From positions 1 to 64,000 of the IMG/VR virus record IMGVR_UViG_3300045988_114464: a stretch of DNA of 64,000 nucleotides, one strand, 5' to 3'. Both the position numbers and the translations under genes were made by a program. The notes under the pieces were generated by a model that worked only from the letters and a program-made list of their open reading frames with translations, was not told the DNA's origin and searched no databases. Below are positions 35,051-44,350 of the stretch, one piece after another. The DNA is from a virus. Numbering within the stretch: the first letter of the stretch is position 1; each line of letters begins with the position of its first letter.

Positions 35051-37671
35051 GCCTAACAAATCAAATTCATGCTTATTCGGTGGGTACGGACGCATTTTAT
35101 GATGAATCTGAGCAATTTATTCATAAGCGTTTATTGAAACTGTATAAGCTACGAGCAGTTAATCGCAAGTATAAAGAAAAAGAAACTGAATATTCATGGG
35201 GTACAGCGTGTATCAATCGAGTAATCAAGAAAGAAAAAGAACAACTTGAACAATTACTCAATAAGCGTCTGGAAAGCACTGAACCGCGCACAATGAATCC
35301 AGAAGTTTTGAAGGATAAAAATGTTATTTCATTGTTTGTTAGTTCGCTTACTCGTGCTATTGGAATTGAACACAATCAGTTGTCTGAAGATATTTTTGTT
35401 ATCAGCGTTTATTTCTTTCAAGTATTTCATAACATTGTTCGTGATGGGTTTATATATAATGGAGAAAAATATATTTTTCTTACGGCTTCGGCAGGACAAA
35501 TACGCACAAAGAAAGCGGTTTTTATAAAAGAATCGACTTTTAATCGTATTAAGATGCGAATGATGTGCGGACTAACCGTTGAAGAAATCAACGAAGCTGG
35601 TGGCACAAATGAGAATAAGTTTCTTGCTTATCTTGCTCTTGGTAATTCTGCTACAGATGTTTGGGAAGATTTTGATATTGATAAGTCGATTGTAGTCGAT
35701 GACTTTGAAACAGAAATTCAAACTGAAGTTGACCACATTTCTGCTGATTATAGCATTAAGCGTGAAGTTACTGGTACAGTAATTCCTCACATGGATGGTT
35801 GTGGAATAATGTTGGATAAACCTACGAGAATGGTTCGCGCTCCGTGGATTAAAGGCTTGCTTGTGCATTTTCCTTTTGACAAGTTTATTCAAGAAAAATG
35901 TGACGGCAAAGCAATAGTAACTGATATTTACGGTCAAGACCATGATATTCTTGCTGAAGATATTCGATATATTTTCACAAAAAGCCAGTTTAAGATGTAT
36001 AAGTTTTATCAATCATGGGAAGATTACAAGCAAAAGTTTAAGCAATATCGTTGTGAAGCGTGCTATTGTAATATGGAAGAACAAGATATTCCTCGCGCCA
36101 GAATCAATTATCAGATGCTTCAAACGCTTACTGATATGACCGATGAAGAAATTGCTACATTGACCAAAGAGACAGTTGAAGAAATTGCAGCTATTGGTAA
36201 TGATTTTCAAACTTCTATGAAATTGATTGGCGCAACTTCATATAACAAAAATCCAAGTTATGTGCAAGAAGCGTTAATGATTTATCCAGAACTTATGCGT
36301 GACCAGTATAGCCGTGATATTTTGAAAGAAACTAAAAAGAGTTTGATTAAGCAAGCAAAATCAGGGCGGTTAAGAGTGAATGGCAAATATCTCTTTTTAT
36401 CTCCTGACCTATATGCGTTTTGTGAATGGCTGTTTCTTAATGAAGTGAACCCAAAAGGATTGCTTCAAGACGGCGAAGTGTTTACTACGCAGTTTAGTAA
36501 TGGTGATGAAGTTGCTTGTTTGAGAAGTCCGCATTTGTATCGTGAATGGGCGATTCGCAAAAATGTAAAGAATGAAGATTTGAACAAGTGGTTTGGGGAA
36601 ACGAAATGTGTGTATACCAGTTGTCATGATTTGATTTCAAGGATTCTTCAATTTGATGTGGACGGAGACAAGAGTTTGGTCATTAAAGACAAATTGTTGA
36701 CTTCTATAGCAAAACGTAATATGGCAGGAATTTGCACACTTTCTTATGATTTGAAGAAAGCAAAGGTTGGCGCTATCTCTCCTGACAATATTTACCATAG
36801 TATGACCAAGGCTTATACAGGTGGTAATATTGGTGTAATTAGTAATCAGATTACAAAAGTATGGAATAGTCCTAATTTAACAAAAGATTATGATAGCGCT
36901 CTAAAGACAGTAAAGTTGTTTACTTATATCAATAATCAAGTAATCGACTATGCTAAGACGCTGTGGAAAGTTGACCCACCTTTTGAAGTTGAAGAAATGA
37001 TGAAACGATATACCAAAGCGAAACCACCATATTTTTTCATTTATGCTAAAGACAAGAAGAAATCACAAGTAGAACCGCCAAACAATTCTACCATGAATCG
37101 TATTTGTCAGTCAATCCCCAATAATCGAGTTAAGTTTGCGAAAATGTGTGATAATTTTGATTATCGTATGTTGATGAATCTTGATTATGGTTTTAGTATT
37201 AGTGAAGATAATCAGATAATTGAAAGATATAACTATTGGAATCGACACCAATATTTGTTTAATACTGAAGCTGAAAATGCAAAGCAAGAAGATATGTATA
37301 TGTTTCAACAAATTCGTAAACATATTCTTGCAGAAACTAACGAAGATATTAACGTGGTAGTTAATACGTTGGTCATGTATCTTTACACTATTAAAACAAA
37401 CAACATGAAGAAAACATTATGGGCTTCTTTTGGTGATATACTTGTTGAAAATCTGAAAAAGAATACGGCAAGTCTTGGTAAGGTTTGTGAAGAATGCGGA
37501 GATAGATTTATTTCATTGCAAAGTAATCATCGGTTCTGTTCTGATGAATGTTGTAAGAAAGCAAGAGCTAAAAGATTAAAGCAAAAGCGCAAGTTTTGTA
37601 CGCTCGTTCAGAGCGAAAAAGTTGCAAATATCGAAGATATTTCTCAAAATAAACAAAATAGTGTAGATTAA
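35047..37671 (+). CDS. YonO-like single-subunit two-barrel RNA polymerase (candidate)
   Basis: 874 aa. ILQFDVDGDK (about 36652-36669) fits the DbDGD metal-binding motif of two-barrel RNAPs and RdRPs. ACLRSPHLYREWA (about 36523-36540) upstream of it resembles the R-N/S-P-x-x-H motif of that family. C-terminal zinc ribbon CEECG...CSDEC. Confidence 0.5.
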   Translation: MSLTNQIHAYSVGTDAFYDESEQFIHKRLLKLYKLRAVNRKYKEKETEYSWGTACINRVIKKEKEQLEQLLNKRLESTEPRTMNPEVLKDKNVISLFVSSLTRAIGIEHNQLSEDIFVISVYFFQVFHNIVRDGFIYNGEKYIFLTASAGQIRTKKAVFIKESTFNRIKMRMMCGLTVEEINEAGGTNENKFLAYLALGNSATDVWEDFDIDKSIVVDDFETEIQTEVDHISADYSIKREVTGTVIPHMDGCGIMLDKPTRMVRAPWIKGLLVHFPFDKFIQEKCDGKAIVTDIYGQDHDILAEDIRYIFTKSQFKMYKFYQSWEDYKQKFKQYRCEACYCNMEEQDIPRARINYQMLQTLTDMTDEEIATLTKETVEEIAAIGNDFQTSMKLIGATSYNKNPSYVQEALMIYPELMRDQYSRDILKETKKSLIKQAKSGRLRVNGKYLFLSPDLYAFCEWLFLNEVNPKGLLQDGEVFTTQFSNGDEVACLRSPHLYREWAIRKNVKNEDLNKWFGETKCVYTSCHDLISRILQFDVDGDKSLVIKDKLLTSIAKRNMAGICTLSYDLKKAKVGAISPDNIYHSMTKAYTGGNIGVISNQITKVWNSPNLTKDYDSALKTVKLFTYINNQVIDYAKTLWKVDPPFEVEEMMKRYTKAKPPYFFIYAKDKKKSQVEPPNNSTMNRICQSIPNNRVKFAKMCDNFDYRMLMNLDYGFSISEDNQIIERYNYWNRHQYLFNTEAENAKQEDMYMFQQIRKHILAETNEDINVVVNTLVMYLYTIKTNNMKKTLWASFGDILVENLKKNTASLGKVCEECGDRFISLQSNHRFCSDECCKKARAKRLKQKRKFCTLVQSEKVANIEDISQNKQNSVD

Positions 37672-37730
37672 AATTGCAAAAACGCATTTTATCTTTTTTG
37701 AAAGCGCGTCTATTATGGAGAGAAATACGG

Positions 37731-37786
37731 GATTCCTCCGATGGGCGGGTATATAAATTGGGGTTTAGCCCGCCCATTGAGGAATC
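37731..37786 (+). other. strong intergenic hairpin
   Basis: GATTCCTC-cg-ATGGGCGGG (37731-37749) pairs with CCCGCCCAT-tg-AGGAATC (37769-37786). No T-run follows. Confidence 0.7.
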
Positions 37787-37807
37787 ATCAACGAAAGGAA
37801 AATAACA

Positions 37808-39007
37808 ATGGAACGACAGGAAACGCAGTCTTATCTTGCTTTCGTTGAAGAAGCAACTAAGGCTCTGCAAAATGATGAAATTTCTTACACTGAATGGTGT
37901 AAAGCGATTGTTGGTGAAAAGATTTATTCTGACGAAACCCTAAGACGATGCGCTGTGCTGTTTGGTGAATTTTTAGAGCGACTTGACGCAGATGAGATTA
38001 AAACTCTAAATGACGAAGATAGAGTTAATCGTCTTATTGAAGCAAAAGAAGAATTAGTTAAGGAACGGAAGAAAATTCAAAGCGCTAATCTTGAACACCA
38101 AGAATATTATCGCAAGGTTGCTCGACACGAACTTCTTGACGAAATGATTGTAGACGCGATTAAGCGCCTTGAGCCAGTTAAGATTAAACACGAACATTTT
38201 ACCAAGCCTTCTAAAAGTACAGGCGTTCTTGTGCTTGCTGATGAACACTTTGATTCAACGTTTGTACTCAAAGGGTTAAATGGTGAGATTATCAACGCTT
38301 ACGACAAGGAAATTTTCAAAGAACGTATGTGGCGATTGCTTTCTATGATTGAAAGCGATAACTTTGATTATGACGAACTGCTGATTGTTAGTTGTGGGGA
38401 TGCAATCGAAAATGTCCTCCGCATGGGTAGTTTGCAAAAGTTGCGTTCTAATGTTGTAGATGCAGTTATTGAATTTTCTGAGTTTATGTCACAATGGCTT
38501 ATTGTTGTTCAAGAAAAGTTGAAAGTTCCAGTGAAATTTGCTATTATTTCTGGCAATCACGATGTTAATAGAATTTTAACTCAGCCAGCCGTATTCCCAG
38601 AAGAAACGTTTGCTAAGATTATTCATAAGTTTATTGAAATGCGTCTTGAAGGGTGTAAACCAGATATTACAGTAGAACCGTATGGCGATGTATACTTTAC
38701 TTGTTTATATGGTAATAATCTACTGTTTGCTCATGGCGAAACAAATAATCTTATTGAATTGGCAAATTATTATGAGAATTTCTATGATATTCAGATTGAT
38801 TGCTTGTATGCTGGTCATCTTCATAGAAGCGAAACTAAGCCAGCGGGTGTTGGTTATATGGGCGACCGCGAAGTGATTCGTGTACCGTCTACTGTAGGCA
38901 CTGACCCTTATGCCAAGAGTATTCAAAAGCATAGTCGTGCTGGCGTTTACTTTGCCGTGTATAATGAAAACGGCAGAGATTTAAGCAAAATTTATTATTT
39001 GAATTAA
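37808..39007 (+). CDS. metallophosphoesterase
   Basis: Motifs SCGDAIEN, ISGNHDVN, FAHGE and AGHLHR. Confidence 0.7.
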   Translation: MERQETQSYLAFVEEATKALQNDEISYTEWCKAIVGEKIYSDETLRRCAVLFGEFLERLDADEIKTLNDEDRVNRLIEAKEELVKERKKIQSANLEHQEYYRKVARHELLDEMIVDAIKRLEPVKIKHEHFTKPSKSTGVLVLADEHFDSTFVLKGLNGEIINAYDKEIFKERMWRLLSMIESDNFDYDELLIVSCGDAIENVLRMGSLQKLRSNVVDAVIEFSEFMSQWLIVVQEKLKVPVKFAIISGNHDVNRILTQPAVFPEETFAKIIHKFIEMRLEGCKPDITVEPYGDVYFTCLYGNNLLFAHGETNNLIELANYYENFYDIQIDCLYAGHLHRSETKPAGVGYMGDREVIRVPSTVGTDPYAKSIQKHSRAGVYFAVYNENGRDLSKIYYLN

Positions 39008-39183
39008 ACAAAGTAATCTGGCATAGGATATGTTAGATTGTAGAATAAACAACGTAAGGAGGTCACTACTTTTGTCCACTTGTGAAATTTTCACTAAAGC
39101 ATGAAAGGAGTTGGTCTTGGGCGTAAGCCTTATCTCGGTGTAAGTCGTTCTTCGACACGATACTGCACAGCGTTGGAAAAAAC

Positions 39184-39219
39184 AGGGCGGGAGCAATAGT
39201 TCCTGCCCTTGTTATTTTG
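39184..39219 (+). terminator. rho-independent terminator
   Basis: AGGGCGGGA-gcaatagt-TCCTGCCCT stem followed by TGTTATTTT. Confidence 0.6.
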
Positions 39220-39238
39220 AAAGAAAGGAAAATTTGAA

Positions 39239-40150
39239 ATGGCAACTACACCTCCAAAACAGTTACGCAGAACAGACCGATGTTGTCCTATTTGCGGAAC
39301 TGTTAAGTTAGCGAACTATTTCAATGAAAGTCCTGCCCCATATCACGATAAGTATATTCCTATTTGTCGTAACTGTTGCAATATACTGTTAAAGAGATAT
39401 ATTGCTGAAACGAAAAGTGAAGCCGCGGGCTTGTGGTTACTGTTAGCCCAAGTAAATATTCCATTTATCAATGAAATTTATGAGAAAGCTATTCTTAGGC
39501 TTCAAGACGCTTCTACAAAGAAGCCAAGTTTATTTGTGACATATCTTAGCTTTATGGCACAATGGAATGAACCGTATACTGGTTTTTTGCAGTCTACCAA
39601 TATGCTGACTGATTTTCTAAAGACGGTTGAAGTAGAAGCGGAAAAAATTCGCACCGAACAAAAACCGCTGAAGAATATGAAGGAAGAAATTGAGAAGTGG
39701 GGTAAATTTACAGGAGTTGACGGCAAAATTGACAGAGATTCTTATGATTTTTTGAATAGAACCTTTGATGAGTATACCGCCGATATTCTTGAAATGGACA
39801 CTAACTTAATGAATCGTTACCGCGATTTGTGCAAATGCGAATTGCGTTTGCGTAAAGCTAATGAATCGGGTGACGGTGCTGAGATTAGTAAAGCACAAGA
39901 TGCTTTGAACAAACAATTGGCTCTATTAAAGCTAAATGATTTCCAATCTAAGAACATTAGCGATGAGCAGAAGGCTTTTGAAAAGAAAGTCGCTATGATT
40001 GAATATAGCAAACCTGCTGAGTGTGAAGATTTACAGAAATATCTTGACATGGTAGGTTACGAGAAAGAAAAAGCAATGCTAAAGCGTTCTCTTAGAAATG
40101 CTGTAACTGGTTCTCGTGAATATCCTGATGTAACATTGCAGGAGGGATAA
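39239..40150 (+). CDS. terminase small subunit candidate
   Basis: Lies immediately upstream of the large terminase. Has an N-terminal zinc finger CCPICG...CRNCC. Assigned by position only. Confidence 0.35.
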   Translation: MATTPPKQLRRTDRCCPICGTVKLANYFNESPAPYHDKYIPICRNCCNILLKRYIAETKSEAAGLWLLLAQVNIPFINEIYEKAILRLQDASTKKPSLFVTYLSFMAQWNEPYTGFLQSTNMLTDFLKTVEVEAEKIRTEQKPLKNMKEEIEKWGKFTGVDGKIDRDSYDFLNRTFDEYTADILEMDTNLMNRYRDLCKCELRLRKANESGDGAEISKAQDALNKQLALLKLNDFQSKNISDEQKAFEKKVAMIEYSKPAECEDLQKYLDMVGYEKEKAMLKRSLRNAVTGSREYPDVTLQEG

Positions 40151-40151
40151 T

Positions 40152-42017
40152 ATGGGAAATAGCTTACCAGCTATGGGCGGTATTCGCCGTAAGTTTATGG
40201 CAAAAGAACTCCGAGGAACAGTTAGTGGTGCTGACTTGCTTGAGAAAGAGCAAGAAGAAAAAGTAATTGAATGGGACACATTATTTAGACGTAATTGGGA
40301 TATATACGCAGAATTTTATCTTGGTATTGGTCTAAAGCCATATCAGCGTGAAGCGTTGCATGAGATTGGCACATCCGATGTGTTCTTTTGGCGTGCTGGG
40401 CGTGGTGGTGCAAAGTCATTTATTACTGCTCTTGCCGCAATTTGTAAACTGATGCTTTATCCAAACTGTTGGATTGTTGTTACTGCTTCTACTATTGACC
40501 AAGCAAATAAAATTGTAGAAGATAAGATATTGAGCGAATTGGTTAAAAAATTATCACCATATTTGTTGTATCTTTATGAAAAGCAGTGGCTTGTTATTAC
40601 TAAACCACAAGACGGCTATAAGATTGAAAATACGCTGAACAATAGTGTATTGCGTGTTCTTGCTCCTGTTGAGTCCAGCCGTGGTGTGCGTTCAAATTTC
40701 ACAATTTATGACGAAGTGGCTATTATGAAGAAGGCGAGTATCGACCAAATCTTTGATGGTATGCTTTATCCGCGTCAACCAGTATTTTTGAATAACAATC
40801 CAGAATATGCAAACAACCCACGTTGGCTTGAAGAATCAAAGGCTATTTATCTAACTTCTTCCAAATATAAATATCAATGGTGGTATGGACTTTGGAAGGA
40901 ATGTGTTAAAGGTTGGTTTGATGATAAAAAGACAGTGTTCAATGTTTTTGCTTCAGACTTTTTCGATAATATTGATAATGGTCTAAAGACATGGGGCGAC
41001 TATCGCCGTGCTAAAAAGACTACGGAAGAATTTTCTTTCCGTATGGAGTATCTTAATGAAGCAATAGGTGAAAATGAACACGCCTATTTTACCATTCAGC
41101 AATTCAAAGAAAACCAAACGCTTGAAAAAGCATTTGTTCCTCCAACAAATATCGAAGTTATAACTCAAACCGCGCCTTACAATCCACCGAAGGGCGAAGA
41201 TGAAGTACGCTTGATTCTTGTTGACTACGCATTTGCTAATACAGTAAAGGGTGCTGGTCGAAAAGCAAACGACAATACGATTATTATTTGTATGTCTTTG
41301 CATTGGAAAGAGAATCATTTTGAGCGTCATGTTGATTATATTCAAGGTTGGGAGGCTTCTGATTCCACTGGTGCAGTAAATCGTATTCGTGAATTATATT
41401 GGGACTATCAAACCGACTATATTGTTGATGACCAACAATCTGGCGGTGAAGTAATTTATAATTTATTTACTCAACCTTGGGAACATCCAGAAAGAGGACG
41501 TGCATGGAATAGTCATGGTTTTACTATCAGTGATAAAACTGAATATGTTTCAGCAGTGGCTATTGATAGTAAAATTGAAGATTATAAAATGCGTACAGTT
41601 GACCCGCACGCTATCCCTTGTATTATTCCTGTTAAGGGTTCTTCAACACTTAACGATATTGTGTGGAAAGAAATGCGCCGTCAGCTTGAGTATGGTAATG
41701 TTAAGTTCTTGATTGACACTAACGATTTCCAAGAAACTTTAGTTGACAATGGCGAATATTTCAAAATGACTTCTGAACAGTATGGCGTTGCTTGTGCTCC
41801 ATACAATCATACAGAAGAATTGATAAAAGAAGCAGTAAACCTTAAAGCTGAGTTTAAGCAAGATAAGGTGCGTCTTTCTGAGCCGTTAAACGGTACAAAA
41901 GACCGTATTGTTGCTTTAGCCTATGGTAATTATATTGCTACTTTAATTGAAAACAGATGGAATAAAGATATAGCACAAGATGAATTTGATATTGATTCAA
42001 TTCAGCTTGTGTGGTGA
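40152..42017 (+). CDS. terL: terminase large subunit
   Basis: Walker A WRAGRGGAKS and Walker B FTIYDEVA, with a C-terminal nuclease-sized half; 621 aa. Confidence 0.8.
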   Translation: MGNSLPAMGGIRRKFMAKELRGTVSGADLLEKEQEEKVIEWDTLFRRNWDIYAEFYLGIGLKPYQREALHEIGTSDVFFWRAGRGGAKSFITALAAICKLMLYPNCWIVVTASTIDQANKIVEDKILSELVKKLSPYLLYLYEKQWLVITKPQDGYKIENTLNNSVLRVLAPVESSRGVRSNFTIYDEVAIMKKASIDQIFDGMLYPRQPVFLNNNPEYANNPRWLEESKAIYLTSSKYKYQWWYGLWKECVKGWFDDKKTVFNVFASDFFDNIDNGLKTWGDYRRAKKTTEEFSFRMEYLNEAIGENEHAYFTIQQFKENQTLEKAFVPPTNIEVITQTAPYNPPKGEDEVRLILVDYAFANTVKGAGRKANDNTIIICMSLHWKENHFERHVDYIQGWEASDSTGAVNRIRELYWDYQTDYIVDDQQSGGEVIYNLFTQPWEHPERGRAWNSHGFTISDKTEYVSAVAIDSKIEDYKMRTVDPHAIPCIIPVKGSSTLNDIVWKEMRRQLEYGNVKFLIDTNDFQETLVDNGEYFKMTSEQYGVACAPYNHTEELIKEAVNLKAEFKQDKVRLSEPLNGTKDRIVALAYGNYIATLIENRWNKDIAQDEFDIDSIQLVW

Positions 42018-42040
42018 TTATTAAAGAAAGGAGGATTTGA

Positions 42041-43621
42041 TTGGCAGATTCTATTTCAAAACAGGACGTACAGGACGTCATTGATTTTGCACAAGCCATT
42101 GCCGCTATGTCAGGTGAATATGGTATGTATTCTCCAATGATGAGTAATCAACTATTGCAAAATCTAAACAACAATCCTCGTATTCCTTCGCTTGAATCTA
42201 TTCAACAAGCATTATCATCTTATAAAGAAGATGCTGGCACGTTGCAATCCTTTATGGATTTTATGAATAACTATGATATGGTATTTAAGCGTACTTTATA
42301 TAGTTATGCGAATGTGCTTGCTTTTGACTTATCTATGACTTGTACTAATGCTTATTCTCAGCAAGATTACAATTCTAAAGAATACGAAGAAGATAAGAAG
42401 CGAGTATATGATTTTCTTGACAAGTTTAAGTATAAAGACGAGTTTAGAAAATGTGTAGTTGAAGTTCTACTACATGGTGCTTACTTTACTTGGTTTAGAA
42501 AGACTAAGTGGAAGAATCAAGGTATGAAATATGCGCTACAAATAATGCCGCAACAATATTGTATGCTCACAGGATATTGGGAGAAAGGTTTGCTATATGA
42601 CTTTGATTACAGCTATTTCCTAAATCCCGGTGTTGATATTGAAGGATTTGACCCTTCTATGGCTAAGATGTATCGTCAAATGTTTATTGATGGCGATGGT
42701 AGATTGTATAATTATCGTCCTACTCAACCGTTAAATAGACGTACTGGTAAATATGCTTATTGGGGACAGACTTCCCCTGAGGATGGTTCGTGGGTTTTTA
42801 AGCAAAATCCAGAGAACTTTAATACTACGCCATATCTTGCTCCTTTCTTGAAAGACGCTATTACTTCTGCCGAAATCCAGAAGTTACAGCGAGATAAGGA
42901 TATTATTGGTGCTTCAGCTATTCTCGCGGGTGAGATTCGATTGTTCGATAGTGCAAAATCTCAAAAAGCTAATCAATTTGCTATCGACCCAAAAACCCTT
43001 GGTGGTTTTATGGCAAAGGCAAAGGCTGGTCTTGGCAATTTGCTAAAGATTGCGGCGCTACCGCTTGAAAATACCAAATTCTATCAGTTCGTTGATAGCA
43101 ATAGCGATATGTATGAAAATACGCTTGCTACTACCGCTGGCGTTGGCTCTGGTATCAGTCGTGTTATTTATTCGTCTGACCGAATGAGTAATGCTGAAAT
43201 CGAAGCAGGTATTATTGACCAATATAATACTATGAAGCCACTGTATTATCAATTTGAGAATTTTCTTGATTTCTTTGTTAATAAGTTGACAAAGAAATAT
43301 AAATTCCATTTTACTTTTGATGGATGCTCTTATCCATTTGAACGTGAGAAACGATTTGATAAACTAACCAAGATGGCTGATAAAGGTTTGGTTATGAATG
43401 CTTCACAATGGGCTTCGGCTATTGGCGTTGAACCACAAGTATTTGAACGTAGCCTTGCGGAAAGTAAGTACACGGGCTGGGTTGAAGAATATAGCCAGTT
43501 GCTTATGAATGTTAATACGGCTAATACTGGTAGTACTGGTGAAAGTGGCAGACCCAAGAAAGAAGATGGAGATTTGTCCGATTCGGGCGAATTGAATAGA
43601 GATAGTGAGGAAGGTATCTAA
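42041..43621 (+). CDS. portal protein
   Basis: 526 aa, located directly after terL, with an acidic C-terminus. Assigned by position and size. Confidence 0.55.
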   Translation: MADSISKQDVQDVIDFAQAIAAMSGEYGMYSPMMSNQLLQNLNNNPRIPSLESIQQALSSYKEDAGTLQSFMDFMNNYDMVFKRTLYSYANVLAFDLSMTCTNAYSQQDYNSKEYEEDKKRVYDFLDKFKYKDEFRKCVVEVLLHGAYFTWFRKTKWKNQGMKYALQIMPQQYCMLTGYWEKGLLYDFDYSYFLNPGVDIEGFDPSMAKMYRQMFIDGDGRLYNYRPTQPLNRRTGKYAYWGQTSPEDGSWVFKQNPENFNTTPYLAPFLKDAITSAEIQKLQRDKDIIGASAILAGEIRLFDSAKSQKANQFAIDPKTLGGFMAKAKAGLGNLLKIAALPLENTKFYQFVDSNSDMYENTLATTAGVGSGISRVIYSSDRMSNAEIEAGIIDQYNTMKPLYYQFENFLDFFVNKLTKKYKFHFTFDGCSYPFEREKRFDKLTKMADKGLVMNASQWASAIGVEPQVFERSLAESKYTGWVEEYSQLLMNVNTANTGSTGESGRPKKEDGDLSDSGELNRDSEEGI

Positions 43622-44124
43622 TGATTGTAACACAAAAAACACAAGACGCTGTTGAACAGCTTATTGGTCAAGCATTTTTTATGAATCGCAAGATTGACCG
43701 TATGGTTAGTGTGTTGGGTGTTAAATTTGCGTTTAATCAAACGTCAAGTTTGATTCATCTTAATATCGCTCATTATTTTCCGCTTGTAGCGGATGTTCTG
43801 GGCGAGAAATGCCTTGAACGCTATAATATTCCAGTATACTATCCTGCTACGCCAGAAGGCAATGAAGATTATCAACTGCCAAGCGAAATTATTCATCGTC
43901 TTGAAGAACTACTACTTGAATATCAAACTATGCTTATGGGCGCTTGTAAAGTGGCTCAAAACAATAACGATATTCATGTTTATGCAGATTTGCTTGAAGT
44001 ATTAAAAGAGTTTAATGTGTATGTTGAGCAAGGTATACTGCTTGTTGATAAGATTGATGCTTATGGCAATGTTCAAGCATTTGACCATGATATTAACAAA
44101 TTCTGGATTTTAGGAGAAAAGTAA
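43621..44124 (+). CDS. hypothetical protein
   Basis: 167-aa ORF with a start/stop overlap. Confidence 0.5.
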   Translation: MIVTQKTQDAVEQLIGQAFFMNRKIDRMVSVLGVKFAFNQTSSLIHLNIAHYFPLVADVLGEKCLERYNIPVYYPATPEGNEDYQLPSEIIHRLEELLLEYQTMLMGACKVAQNNNDIHVYADLLEVLKEFNVYVEQGILLVDKIDAYGNVQAFDHDINKFWILGEK

Positions 44125-44125
44125 T

Positions 44126-44308
44126 ATGTGCAGAATCGGTGAGCCTTCAGATTTATCATTATATAAATATACTGATGACCCAAATATTATTCTAAGAGTA
44201 CACCAAGCAGGATTCCCCCCAGAGTGGAAAGATTTTTCTGGTGTTGTATATTGGCGTATTACTAATAAGTTGATTAAGGCGTTAAAGAAACACAATATCG
44301 ACCTTTAA
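44126..44308 (+). CDS. hypothetical small protein
   Basis: 60-aa ORF. Confidence 0.4.
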   Translation: MCRIGEPSDLSLYKYTDDPNIILRVHQAGFPPEWKDFSGVVYWRITNKLIKALKKHNIDL

Positions 44309-44350
44309 GCCTTGATATAATCTTAAAACAGAAGGAGGTGAGTCAGAATA

